A stretch of 64,000 nucleotides of DNA, taken from IMG/VR virus record IMGVR_UViG_3300042997_002652, positions 64,001 to 128,000 of that record; one strand, 5' to 3'. This document shows positions 40,168 to 49,932 of the stretch, in pieces; the stretch's first letter is position 1; each line of letters opens with the position of its first letter. This DNA comes from a virus. Its lineage: Duplodnaviria > Caudoviricetes. The notes beneath the pieces were generated by a model, which saw only the letters and a program-made list of their open reading frames with translations, did not search any database and had not been told where the DNA came from. The translations under genes and the position numbers were made by a program.

Positions 40168-40484
40168 ATTGTAAAACTCTCACCACAGCCGCATCGGGCT
40201 TTTTCATTCGGGTTTGTAAATTCAAATCCTTCGTTAAAATCTAATTTCTTATAATCTATTGCTAGACCAGAAACATAGACAAGTGATTTTTCAGTTATAA
40301 AAACAGAAAAGGTTTCAAACTTAAATTCATGATCAGTTGAATCAGCTACATCAACGAATTCTAAGACATAAGAAAATCCACTACATCCTGTGGATTTTAC
40401 ACCTATTCTTATACCGAGGCCTGAACCTCTTTTCTCTAGTTGTGATTTTACTCTGTCTGTCGCAGTATCGGATAATTTAATCAT
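40164..40484 (-). CDS. iscA: IscA/HesB A-type Fe-S carrier
   Basis: GVKSTGCSGFSY; C-terminal FTNPNEKARCGCGESF. Confidence 0.93.
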   Translation of the reverse strand: MIKLSDTATDRVKSQLEKRGSGLGIRIGVKSTGCSGFSYVLEFVDVADSTDHEFKFETFSVFITEKSLVYVSGLAIDYKKLDFNEGFEFTNPNEKARCGCGESFTI

Positions 40485-40527
40485 AGTGTATTATACAAAA
40501 GAAATAAGAAAGACACAACAAAATAGG

Positions 40528-40857
40528 CTATTTCATTGCGCTTTTAGCCATTTGAGCTACAGTTTTTTCTTGTTCGGATTCTTGATTGGGGTTTTCTGAA
40601 TCATCAGATTGTCCTTTGAAAACAACTTTATCGCCTTGTATATTGGTAATAACTTGTTTTAAAGGAGGAACTTGTATCATGTTGTACAAGTCAGTTACAT
40701 CTAGGATTATATCATATTCTTGAAAATAATCTAATAACTGATCTGTAGTCATACCAAAATTTAATTTGTTATTTTCCAAATCAGTTTTTAGTTGGTCGGT
40801 TACCGCAACAAGTTTTGCGCTAAGACCTGGGTCTGTTTCAAGTTCAAAAAGACGCAT
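40528..40857 (-). CDS. Hypothetical late protein
   Basis: MRLFE|L N-terminus. Confidence 0.6.
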   Translation of the reverse strand: MRLFELETDPGLSAKLVAVTDQLKTDLENNKLNFGMTTDQLLDYFQEYDIILDVTDLYNMIQVPPLKQVITNIQGDKVVFKGQSDDSENPNQESEQEKTVAQMAKSAMK

Positions 40858-41546
40858 TATCTTTTTGCTCTACCTACTCCGCCTACAGCAGCTTGTTCAG
40901 GTTCTTCAATGTCCAAATCCATGTCAATATCAGCACCGTCATCCATACCAAGATCATCTGCTGGCGCTAATTCATCCATACTTTGATCAGGTGCAGCAAA
41001 TGAATCCATTCCACCTTGACCAGTGATTGTACCTAATGCTCCTTGTAAAGAAGTTTTAGTTGTTAACAAAGCATCATTTAAGGTTTGTAAAGAACTGCTA
41101 GCTTGATCATTGAACTGAGTGCTTTCATTTGCACCAATTTCAGATTGAATGCTGCTTACTAATGCAGGAAGTTCTTTAACCAACATATCGTTAACATCTT
41201 CGTACATCTTTTGTACAGTATCAATCATGTCTTGCGCAGCTAAGATTACTTGTGACTTTTCAACTTCTTCATTTTCAAAAACAATACGAGGACTAGGTCT
41301 GTTAAGTAAATCAATGTAATGAGAATTCAATGCTTGTTCCATGAAAACAAGTTTCATGTAGCTTGGGGAAGTTTGATTTTTATAGAAATCAGCAGCTTGC
41401 TTAGATTCTTTAATAAGTGAAGATACTTTAGTCAACATAGTTTTTGTTTTTATCTTATCCAAAGAGGATACATCAAAGTTGACACTAAAGCTTTCTTTTA
41501 GTGCTGTTTTAGCATAATTCTTGTTTTCTAAGTCATTTAGTTTCAT
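40857..41546 (-). CDS. Hypothetical late protein, possibly prohead core
   Basis: Helical with acidic tail; late promoter at 41571-41577. Confidence 0.6.
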   Translation of the reverse strand: MKLNDLENKNYAKTALKESFSVNFDVSSLDKIKTKTMLTKVSSLIKESKQAADFYKNQTSPSYMKLVFMEQALNSHYIDLLNRPSPRIVFENEEVEKSQVILAAQDMIDTVQKMYEDVNDMLVKELPALVSSIQSEIGANESTQFNDQASSSLQTLNDALLTTKTSLQGALGTITGQGGMDSFAAPDQSMDELAPADDLGMDDGADIDMDLDIEEPEQAAVGGVGRAKR

Positions 41547-41566
41547 AATATTGTTCCAATGTTGAT

Positions 41567-42067
41567 TTAGTATTTATCTTTTCTCGCTAGATTAGCAGTG
41601 TTAAACTTTTTAGTTTGCCACTCTTTAGAAATATTTATATATCTATTTAGTTGTTTAAGCAGTATTTTTTTCTTTAAGTTATCTTCTTCTATCTTAGTAA
41701 CATAGATATCGCGGAATTTATCATCTTTAGTACTGTTAAGAATCTTGCTTTTTTGTAATAAGTCTATTTCTAAACTACTTAACTTAAAGTCCAATTGTTC
41801 AATATTCTTACATTCCATTGCTTTTTTCAATTCTTTGAACACGCACCAAGTAACTGCGGTTTTTAAGGTACTGAATATTTTTTCTTGGTCATTATCATCT
41901 ATTAATAATCTATAATGGTTGTCTTTTTTAAGTGCTGCGTATTTTCCAAATAATATATAACTGTTACTATCTATGGGTAATACTATCATGTTCATAGTTT
42001 TATTGTTTTTATCAAGTATTTGGTTTTCTAAAAACTTTTCAACTTTAATCTGTTTGTTTTTCTTCAT
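41567..42067 (-). CDS. Hypothetical protein
   Basis: ORF track. Confidence 0.6.
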   Translation of the reverse strand: MKKNKQIKVEKFLENQILDKNNKTMNMIVLPIDSNSYILFGKYAALKKDNHYRLLIDDNDQEKIFSTLKTAVTWCVFKELKKAMECKNIEQLDFKLSSLEIDLLQKSKILNSTKDDKFRDIYVTKIEEDNLKKKILLKQLNRYINISKEWQTKKFNTANLARKDKY

Positions 42068-42501
42068 ATAATCTCAAAATGTATATTCTTTAATTCGGGA
42101 CTAATGTTTAAAAATGTAGGTAAGTTACTTATTTCTAAACTGTCTTTTATCATAGGAACATTATCACAATCTGTGTATAACGAACCCAATTCATCTATGC
42201 CATTATCAAAAACGCTTGAATGATGTACTTCAAATTCAAAAGACCAGCAATATACCTTTTCTTTAGACAAGTATAATAATCCAAACTTATTAAATTCACT
42301 TAAGTTTATTTCTAACTTTTGAGGATCTTTTAACAGTTCAGGTTGTGATCGCAATGATATAATCTGTAGTATTGTATCAAAATTACATTGTGTATTTCTA
42401 GATTGCAACCAAGCTGCTACATCATCACTTGGCTTAGTGCGATTAGTCGTGCCGGTTCGTGTGATATTGAATAATGTATAACATCTAATTCTATGTGACA
42501 T
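42064..42501 (-). CDS. Hypothetical late protein
   Basis: Track start 42519; likelier ATG 42501 (MSHRIRCY), 5 nt after ATAAATA. Confidence 0.6.
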   Translation of the reverse strand: MSHRIRCYTLFNITRTGTTNRTKPSDDVAAWLQSRNTQCNFDTILQIISLRSQPELLKDPQKLEINLSEFNKFGLLYLSKEKVYCWSFEFEVHHSSVFDNGIDELGSLYTDCDNVPMIKDSLEISNLPTFLNISPELKNIHFEII

Positions 42502-42525
42502 AGATATATTTATTGGCATAAAAAA

Positions 42526-42546
42526 ACCCTGAGAAAAACTCAGGGT
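42526..42546 (-). terminator. Intrinsic terminator
   Basis: accctgag-aaaaa-ctcagggt with a U-run on the minus strand. Confidence 0.85.
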
Positions 42547-42572
42547 CTTTTGTGTTGCGATTAACTAATAAA

Positions 42573-42962
42573 TTAGTTTGTGAATGTTGCAGTCGCAGCA
42601 ATAGATACAGCTTCACCGCATGCAGCAGTCAATTCAGCATCAAGTGAACCAGCAGCAGTAGCAGTTACATCGCCCCATGCACCAATTGGGTACATAGCTA
42701 CTGCTAAAGTGTCGTTAGTATCAGTAGTGAACTCATACATGTAAATTGTTGCTAATTGCTGAATAGTATTCACAGCAGCAAGAATCTGTGCACCAGTAGT
42801 ACCGGTACCGGTAAAGGTAATAGTTGCAAACTCAAGCTTTGGGCCCTGTGGCTGAACAGAAGCTGCTGAAGTTACAGTGTTAACACCAGTGTTAGTGTAT
42901 GCTGCGCTGTCTAAGTGTAGAACTGGTTTAAAGTCACCATTGACTCTTGTAAATTGTGCCAT
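42573..42962 (-). CDS. Probable virion (capsid decoration-like) protein
   Basis: Own late promoter (43008-43014), SD and terminator; A/T/G-rich. Confidence 0.55.
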   Translation of the reverse strand: MAQFTRVNGDFKPVLHLDSAAYTNTGVNTVTSAASVQPQGPKLEFATITFTGTGTTGAQILAAVNTIQQLATIYMYEFTTDTNDTLAVAMYPIGAWGDVTATAAGSLDAELTAACGEAVSIAATATFTN

Positions 42963-43047
42963 TTTAAATATCCTTTAAATGTTTTGAAGCCTACTGCTCC
43001 ATACAAATATTTATGCCAAATAGAAAAAAATGCTGGTTTAGGATATA

Positions 43048-44901
43048 TTATTTGTTAAAATGGGCAGCTCCAAAACGCTGTCTGTCTACTATTTTAACTA
43101 AACCTGAATCAGTAGGAAATACGAATCCTTCTCCGCCTTTTTGCCCACCTGACGACTGTTCAAAGCCTTGAACTTGGTTTTCAAGTTGATTGGATACATT
43201 AACTTTTAGTTTGTATATTGCATTCCACACTTTGACAAGAGCATTCAATCCTTCTGCGTTTTGCTGTAAATAACCAGTACCGTCAGTTCCTACTAAGAAG
43301 TTATACTGTGATTTACTGATATTTTGAGATAACCATGGTACTAACTTATCGTTAGTTTGCTTGGTTATTTTATGATTCATGTATTTCTTTAATGCTTCAC
43401 GCGCAACGCTACTAAGTCCGCTTAAAAAGTCGTCTATAACTTTACTGTTTGTTGATAACACGCTTTCAGCATCATTAATTAGTTTAGCAGGAGGCTTAAT
43501 ATTGAATGTAACTCCGGCAGAAGCAGGTATCAAAGCTACATTAGATTTATTCATTGCTGGCTCACCGCGCCATGGTTTGTTATCAAACTCGTGAACGATT
43601 AAGAAGCCTACTTTTCCTTGAAGTTGTTTACCAAGATCAGACTCAACTGGTATGCGATACTCTACAGTAACCGGTTTAAACACAAAGTATCCGTTTTGTG
43701 GTTTGGGATTAATAGCCATTAAATCACTTTTAAATAAACCAGTAGTTCCAGATACAGCTTGCTTTAGTCCGGGCCATAATAAATCAATCTTTTCGTATAA
43801 GTCGTTTCTATTTGCGCCGCGCTGTTGATCATATTCAACCCATTCTTCGGGGCTAGTAGGATACACACCTTTGTTTGGCATGTACTTGTCAGTAACAACA
43901 AATCTACCGTCAGGTAAGTTACCAAAGTATAATGCTATCCCGCCGTCCCATTTAATACTACCAGATTCTGGACTACTAATAGCTTGTTTGAGTGCATTTA
44001 AATATTGTTTTGCACTGTCGCCACCGTCAAAAATAGCATCTTCAGGATGAGGTATTCTAGGTCCTTTAGCTTCTTCAGTAATAAAAGAATTTTCTACAAC
44101 TAAATTTCTAAACTTTGTTATGATATCGTATGCGCTTTCGTTAGCAGTATCGTTAAACTTGGGAGGTGTTATGCCACTTCTTGCTGCATATTCTTCAAAG
44201 TCTTTTAATTTTTGTTGTTTGTTGGGATCATTTTTTAGTTTCTTATAGATGTTTTCTACTGAACTCATATCATCAAGTGTACCATCTTTACCAAACAACA
44301 GTTTAGTAGCTACTTCTGGATCTAGTGTTACTAGTTCTCCGGTAGCTCTGTCAACTACGCCTTTGCCACTCAAACGCAATCCTTGAGGATGTTCACTAGT
44401 GATCGTGCCTTTAGCTACGCTGTTTAATGCTACTTCTCTAAATACACCTTTGTATTCGCTAGGGCTTCTCATACCTCCGCTAAGCAACCATGTTTCCCAT
44501 TCAAGATTGTTTAAAAACATAAAATCTGTTTGAACAAACCCTTTTTCAAAATTGCCTTCTATTGGTGTTGCAAAGTGTACAGATATACCAGACTTTTTTA
44601 CAAAGTCTTTTGGATCAAGATTATTTTGCGTAGCCCATGATTTTAGTTTGCTTTCTAGCTCTGCTTTACTTACTTCATTCGCATTTACTGCTAAGTCTAG
44701 ATCACCGCTAGTAGATTTTCTACCAGTAGAACCCAACCATTTAGCGGGTAAACCATCTTTAGCTTTTTCTTTAGTTAAATCTAATCCAGTAATACTTTCT
44801 AACCAATTAATAGTAGGCGCAACTTCATTCTGATTTATACGTCTAGTTAGCTCAGTACCGTCTTGTTGTTTAAAGATGTTTCCGCCTTCAGATATAAACA
44901 C
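43048..44901 (-). CDS. Fusion of Pol-beta-superfamily nucleotidyltransferase and ATP-dependent ligase-like (KxDG) domain
   Basis: N-domain LGSTGRKSTSGDLDLAV...VQTDF; C-domain SIKWDG...GGEGFVF...LVKIVDR; GTG start. Confidence 0.7.
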   Translation of the reverse strand: MFISEGGNIFKQQDGTELTRRINQNEVAPTINWLESITGLDLTKEKAKDGLPAKWLGSTGRKSTSGDLDLAVNANEVSKAELESKLKSWATQNNLDPKDFVKKSGISVHFATPIEGNFEKGFVQTDFMFLNNLEWETWLLSGGMRSPSEYKGVFREVALNSVAKGTITSEHPQGLRLSGKGVVDRATGELVTLDPEVATKLLFGKDGTLDDMSSVENIYKKLKNDPNKQQKLKDFEEYAARSGITPPKFNDTANESAYDIITKFRNLVVENSFITEEAKGPRIPHPEDAIFDGGDSAKQYLNALKQAISSPESGSIKWDGGIALYFGNLPDGRFVVTDKYMPNKGVYPTSPEEWVEYDQQRGANRNDLYEKIDLLWPGLKQAVSGTTGLFKSDLMAINPKPQNGYFVFKPVTVEYRIPVESDLGKQLQGKVGFLIVHEFDNKPWRGEPAMNKSNVALIPASAGVTFNIKPPAKLINDAESVLSTNSKVIDDFLSGLSSVAREALKKYMNHKITKQTNDKLVPWLSQNISKSQYNFLVGTDGTGYLQQNAEGLNALVKVWNAIYKLKVNVSNQLENQVQGFEQSSGGQKGGEGFVFPTDSGLVKIVDRQRFGAAHFNK

Positions 44902-44925
44902 TATTATCTACTTCCTTATTAAATT

Positions 44926-45174
44926 TTAATTGTCTTCATCTTTTTTTCTTAAAGACTTAGAAAATCTTTCTTGGTCTCGACCCTTAATAGCACTTAGCAG
45001 TTTTCTTTCTAGTAGCTCAGCTTTTTCAGAGGAATAATGCTTTTTCATCAATTCTAACAGATTGATAGCACTTGAAATAACGTTGTTAGCACGGTTTTCA
45101 ATAAGAAGATTAACATCCTTATTGTTGCCTATACTTTCTAGTTCTTCTAAGAGACTGCGCGTTTTTTTCTGCAT
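44926..45174 (-). CDS. Hypothetical late protein
   Basis: ORF track; late promoter at 45192-45198. Confidence 0.65.
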   Translation of the reverse strand: MQKKTRSLLEELESIGNNKDVNLLIENRANNVISSAINLLELMKKHYSSEKAELLERKLLSAIKGRDQERFSKSLRKKDEDN

Positions 45175-45204
45175 AGCAATAACCTTTATTATATTTATCT
45201 TAGA

Positions 45205-46623
45205 TTAATTATTCTTTAAGGAGTTTAGCATGTTTCTTAGCTTAGAACCTTGAACATCTGCTACTACTTTTTTCTCAGATTGTTGAATTTCACCAGTGTT
45301 AGCATCAATAGTTTCATTTTGAGATACTGTACTTACAGTTTTAATTTTGTTCATAATATCTGTAGCGGATTGACGATACCCAGCATTTTCATCACCGCCT
45401 TCATCTGTAATTCTCATAGTATCAATGTTATATTCTAAGTCAATCTTTTGACCAACACCAGTAGAACTACGTGATTTCATACACTGAATTTGATACTTGC
45501 CTCGCTCTTTCATTGATCTGCTAGTAAAGATACCAAACACATAGTCAGCAGTGTTAATCTTAGAAATACCACCTGCAATATGACTATGATCAAATTCAAT
45601 TTCTTCTACAGCCGATCTGTTTAGCTGTGATGCTGTAACCATTAAAACACCTAACTCTTTAGACAAGTTTCTTAATTCTTCACTAACATACTTGTCTTTG
45701 ATAAACTGATCATTAGGATTTACTTTAACACTAACAGGCATTACTAGATCCAAGTAATCAATCATTACAAAGTCTATTAGCATACCTGTTTGTATTTGTA
45801 CTTCTTTAATATAACTTCTGATTACGTTTACGTTGCTTTGTGCAGGAAGACCTTTAACACGATACTTACCTGACTTTTTAGCAGCCATTTTTACTTTTAA
45901 TTCTACTGTGTCTAAGTCTTTACGAATATCTTTAGTGCTCATGCTAGTTAACATAGCATCAGTTCTTAAAGCCGTTAGCTCTTCAGACAATTCAAGTGTA
46001 ATATAAACACCGCTTAATCCTTGTGCTAAAAAGTTCACAGCCAAGTTCATCATTACAAGTGACTTACCTGATCCTGAACCACCTGCAAAGATGTTTAGTT
46101 CGCCCCTAGACATACCACCATACATAACTTTGTCTAGTTGAGGCCACCCTGTGCTTACTTGACCGCCTTGATTAAAGTATCTGTTTAATCGTTCTTTAGG
46201 ATCAGCAAAGTAATCTGTACCATAATCACGCATTAAAGAAATTTGTACCGCATCTTTGATCAGTTTTTCAACTGGATCATATTCACCCTTTTCTAATAAC
46301 TCTGCTGCTTTTAAGATTGCTCGTTCTAGTTCTTGTCTTTTTGTAAAGTGTTCAAACTCAGTTAAGAAAAACTCGGTATGCCCTGCTGAGTCAAGTTCAG
46401 GGATTAGTTCAATTTCTATACCAGTAGTAGCTTTGATTTGCGTAGGATCAGGCAACACATTGTATTTTTGTGAATGTTCTACTATAAACTCTGCTGCCGC
46501 CCTAACTGATCTGTCAAAGTTTAGTGGGTTCATGATGTTCATTACCCTAGTATATAACTCAGGGTTAGTGATCATCATACGCAAAAATAGCGTTTGTACT
46601 TCGGGGTTAAATTCTTTTAACAA
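45205..46623 (-). CDS. gp41: Replicative DnaB-family helicase (T4 gp41-like)
   Basis: GELNIFAGGSGSGKSL, MIDYLDL, VTASQLNR, IAGGISKINTAD, KSR; TTG start. Confidence 0.93.
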   Translation of the reverse strand: MLKEFNPEVQTLFLRMMITNPELYTRVMNIMNPLNFDRSVRAAAEFIVEHSQKYNVLPDPTQIKATTGIEIELIPELDSAGHTEFFLTEFEHFTKRQELERAILKAAELLEKGEYDPVEKLIKDAVQISLMRDYGTDYFADPKERLNRYFNQGGQVSTGWPQLDKVMYGGMSRGELNIFAGGSGSGKSLVMMNLAVNFLAQGLSGVYITLELSEELTALRTDAMLTSMSTKDIRKDLDTVELKVKMAAKKSGKYRVKGLPAQSNVNVIRSYIKEVQIQTGMLIDFVMIDYLDLVMPVSVKVNPNDQFIKDKYVSEELRNLSKELGVLMVTASQLNRSAVEEIEFDHSHIAGGISKINTADYVFGIFTSRSMKERGKYQIQCMKSRSSTGVGQKIDLEYNIDTMRITDEGGDENAGYRQSATDIMNKIKTVSTVSQNETIDANTGEIQQSEKKVVADVQGSKLRNMLNSLKNN

Positions 46624-47596
46624 GTTTTCGTTTCCTCATTTCTATTTTAATTTTGCTCATAGTTGCTGATTGTATAATACTTAGCAACACAGGTAATTTA
46701 CCATATTTTACTACAGCTTCGTTTACATCTTTAATTGGTTTACCTTCATTGTTCAGTCCCCATTCAGGTAAGCTTATTTGATATCCTAGCTCCATAGCTA
46801 GATCACATAACTCTAATCCTGTTTTGTCTTGATCAGGAACTACTATAATAGTTCTGTTTAACCTTCTTAACAATTCTTGTTGTTCTAAACTGATTGTACT
46901 GGTACCCAAAGCACAACCATCTATACTTAGTGCATCAAATATACCTTCAACAACGATGCAAATAGACCATTCAGGTTTTTGAAAGTCATAACCAAACAAA
47001 TATCCTGTTGGTTGATCATTAAGATACTTTGGTTTTCTATCGTCTAAAAATCTACTTGTATTACCAACAATCGTTCCTTTGTATGTAAAAGGAACAATGA
47101 TTCTGTTTGAGTTTCGTCCGATATCTTCCGTAGTAACTAAAAAAGGATATTCATCGTGTTTTATTTTTCTATTATTTAAGTAGTCTATAAATCTAGTGTG
47201 TTTTGAATTGTTAATATCTAACACTTCACTATTATCGGGAAGTTCTTTTTCTTTAAAGTTGATAGCTACATTTCTTACTGCGGGTGTAATATAGTCTAAT
47301 ATATCTTTATTTTGTAAACTTTCTAAACCGATCTTTGTGATCAAGCTTTCATCAGCGCCGCACCATTTTAGAAATAATTTAGTGTTTGTAGATAACGGTT
47401 TACCCAACTCAAATCTACATTTGAAATGGCAGTTAAAGCAACTGTATGTAAAGTTGTAGTTGTCTTTGATTAAACCGCCACGCATTCTTTTATCGGGCTT
47501 ATGTCCACGATAATGACAACAGGGTGAATTAAATGAAACCCAGCCCTTTGCTGTTGTTTTTCTTTTGCCGGGAATAATTGTTAATATATCAAACAT
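46607..47596 (-). CDS. gp61: DNA primase (gp61-like, Zn-binding + TOPRIM)
   Basis: PCCH...YSCFNC Zn domain; IVVEGIFDA; VVPDQD; KDVNE. Confidence 0.85.
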   Translation of the reverse strand: MFDILTIIPGKRKTTAKGWVSFNSPCCHYRGHKPDKRMRGGLIKDNYNFTYSCFNCHFKCRFELGKPLSTNTKLFLKWCGADESLITKIGLESLQNKDILDYITPAVRNVAINFKEKELPDNSEVLDINNSKHTRFIDYLNNRKIKHDEYPFLVTTEDIGRNSNRIIVPFTYKGTIVGNTSRFLDDRKPKYLNDQPTGYLFGYDFQKPEWSICIVVEGIFDALSIDGCALGTSTISLEQQELLRRLNRTIIVVPDQDKTGLELCDLAMELGYQISLPEWGLNNEGKPIKDVNEAVVKYGKLPVLLSIIQSATMSKIKIEMRKRKLVKRI

Positions 47597-47634
47597 TCAT
47601 TGATTATAGCAGATTTCTATAATAAATCAAGACA

Positions 47635-48402
47635 TTACCTTGCCAAGATGTTGTCTACTTCGCCCTGATCACTGTTAAATTGTAATCTTACAAATGGATG
47701 AAATCCAATGATTGTATATCCTTTTGTATCAGTGATATTGGAATAATTATCACTTTCAATGATAGTATACCATTCACCATCTGGTATTGTAGAACCCTGG
47801 ATGACTACATTACCTTCGTATTCATTATATTGTGCTTGAACAGTAAGGATAGGATTATCTTGGGTGTTAACTACACTAGTATAATATGTGTAGTTAGACG
47901 TAGTATTTGGATATGTGTTCGGGAAGTCTTGACCACTTGGAATAGTAACTATTTCTGAAGGAACAAAGGAAGGTAATATAGAATTTACAATATTTAGATC
48001 ACCCCTTGCTCCTGCATTTTGATCTATAAAAACAGGAAAATCAAATTGACCAGTGGGAATTTCTAAGCTATAATAAGCTTTTTGTGCTGAAATGTTTTCA
48101 ATTTCTGCCGCATTTAAGTCTAATGTTGCTATTCCGGTCACGGGTAATTGTAGTGTTAATGCTTTACTAACAAGCACTTTTGTACCGTCACCGTTTATAA
48201 TACGACAAGTAATAGACTTGCCCGTGATATTAACAGGTTTTTGTTCTTGATTTAAGAACTGAAAACGTAATTGATTATCAACCCCTTTGTGTAAACTTAA
48301 TGGCTTTGAATATTGTGGCATATATATCCTACTTGAGTATCCGGTATCAATGATAACAATCTGTGACTGTATGTATGTAAAAACTTGTGTTGCATAGGAC
48401 AT
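47635..48402 (-). CDS. Hypothetical structural protein (baseplate-upper/Ig-like)
   Basis: LHKGVDNQLRFQFLNQEQKPVNITG; late promoter at 48429-48435. Confidence 0.55.
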   Translation of the reverse strand: MSYATQVFTYIQSQIVIIDTGYSSRIYMPQYSKPLSLHKGVDNQLRFQFLNQEQKPVNITGKSITCRIINGDGTKVLVSKALTLQLPVTGIATLDLNAAEIENISAQKAYYSLEIPTGQFDFPVFIDQNAGARGDLNIVNSILPSFVPSEIVTIPSGQDFPNTYPNTTSNYTYYTSVVNTQDNPILTVQAQYNEYEGNVVIQGSTIPDGEWYTIIESDNYSNITDTKGYTIIGFHPFVRLQFNSDQGEVDNILAR

Positions 48403-48485
48403 GTTATCATTAATACCTTTGTTTTATATATTTAGTCTTAATAAATTATTTGATTTGATTTCAAACGGGAATAAATATTAACAAT

Positions 48486-48866
48486 ATGAGTGCAGAAGAT
48501 TTTTTCAAAAAATTAAGTGATAATCACCCGTTTATAACTGTGTGTCATTATGCCAGCCAAGATTATGTAGGTATAGTACAAAATCGGGACGATATAGTTA
48601 CCTCTATTTACGATTATGGATCAATAGTAGAGATAGGACTAAAAGAAAAGTTTTTAGAACTAGGTGACATTTGGTGGTGGGAATCAAATAGACTTATACC
48701 AATCAATATATTTTTGAAAGAAGATTGGGCCGTGTTCAAGCCATACTTACGAACATTTAATAACAAAAGTTTAGCAATATTACACGGACCTACTGTCAGC
48801 ATGACTGATTTAGGTAAGCGTAGATCAAAAAGAAGATCAATTACTTTAGTTAAACGCCTTTTCTAG
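48486..48866 (+). CDS. Hypothetical late protein
   Basis: ATAAATA at 48471-48477; protein-like composition. Confidence 0.7.
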   Translation: MSAEDFFKKLSDNHPFITVCHYASQDYVGIVQNRDDIVTSIYDYGSIVEIGLKEKFLELGDIWWWESNRLIPINIFLKEDWAVFKPYLRTFNNKSLAILHGPTVSMTDLGKRRSKRRSITLVKRLF

Positions 48867-48869
48867 CTC

Positions 48870-49361
48870 TTATCTTTTTTCTCTTATCTTTTTTCTCTTT
48901 TCTTTTGCTCGTTCTAGTACAAGCTTGCCTACTCTATCATCAAAGCATATAGAATTTAAATGATCCAGCTCATGCTGATAGACCCTAGCCATTAAACCAT
49001 TAAATTCTTGTTGTACTTTCTCACCAGCAACATTGTAATACTCTACTGAGATATCTTTGTATCGTTCTACATACATCCAAAGATCAGGAAAGCTCAAGCA
49101 TCCTTCTTGCTCTCTCACTCTTTCGCTACCTGAGATAATTTCTGGATTGATACATGCTACTAAATGATCAGAATTACCCATAACAAATATGCGTTTAGCA
49201 ATACCGCACTGAGGCGCAGCTAAACCTATGCCGTTATGTAAAACCATTAGCTTGGACATAGCCTTAACTAATTCACTGGGATCACCGTCTTTTTCCCAGT
49301 CCCACGATTCAGCTACTTCTCTTAGTACTTCGCTATCTTCAGGTATAAGTTTAAGATCCAT
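48870..49361 (-). CDS. def: Peptide deformylase
   Basis: GIGLAAPQ, EGCLS, QHELDHL motifs intact. Confidence 0.96.
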   Translation of the reverse strand: MDLKLIPEDSEVLREVAESWDWEKDGDPSELVKAMSKLMVLHNGIGLAAPQCGIAKRIFVMGNSDHLVACINPEIISGSERVREQEGCLSFPDLWMYVERYKDISVEYYNVAGEKVQQEFNGLMARVYQHELDHLNSICFDDRVGKLVLERAKEKRKKIREKR

Positions 49362-49932
49362 GTTGTTCCTCTTTTATTAAATTCATATGTACGGCAACCA
49401 ACCATGCATAACCCAAACTATGTGACTTTTTAAAGCTATAGCCATCACTGCCTTTGTCCCACACTGTTTTGTTTACTTCTTGCCAAGTTTTTCCTATCAA
49501 ATGACGTTTCGCTGGTCTTATTACTGCTAAGAACATAGCTAACCGTGGTATACTATCTATTGGTTCAGGCATCTTTCTAATCGTATCATACTGACCATTC
49601 AAGTGTATAAGTTGTTCTACTATATCTCGCTTAGTTAGCATAGTCCAATCAGGTTCACGCATCAAACTAATCAAGTGTTCTTCACTTTTTACTTTTTCGT
49701 AAACGTGAACATTTAAGATATCTAACTTAAAGTATCCCCTTTCTTCTGCCTCTTCATAAGAAATAGCTGCAATTTCATTTATAGGATCATATGGTATGTT
49801 GCATGGATATATACCAGAAGCGTGTTTTCTAATAGGTGTAATATTACGCATAGAAGCAGGTATATGTTTGATCTTTTCCAAGATCAAATCTCTATTACCT
49901 ACGTCAATGTCTACGTCAAAGTTTAATTTCAC
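49351..49932 (-). CDS. dnaE: Miniaturised DnaE-like catalytic core (palm + partial fingers)
   Basis: FDVDID, RKHASG, AEERGYFKLDIL, LAVIRP, YSFKKSHSLGYA; GTG start overlapping the upstream stop. Confidence 0.85.
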   Translation of the reverse strand: MKLNFDVDIDVGNRDLILEKIKHIPASMRNITPIRKHASGIYPCNIPYDPINEIAAISYEEAEERGYFKLDILNVHVYEKVKSEEHLISLMREPDWTMLTKRDIVEQLIHLNGQYDTIRKMPEPIDSIPRLAMFLAVIRPAKRHLIGKTWQEVNKTVWDKGSDGYSFKKSHSLGYAWLVAVHMNLIKEEQHGS

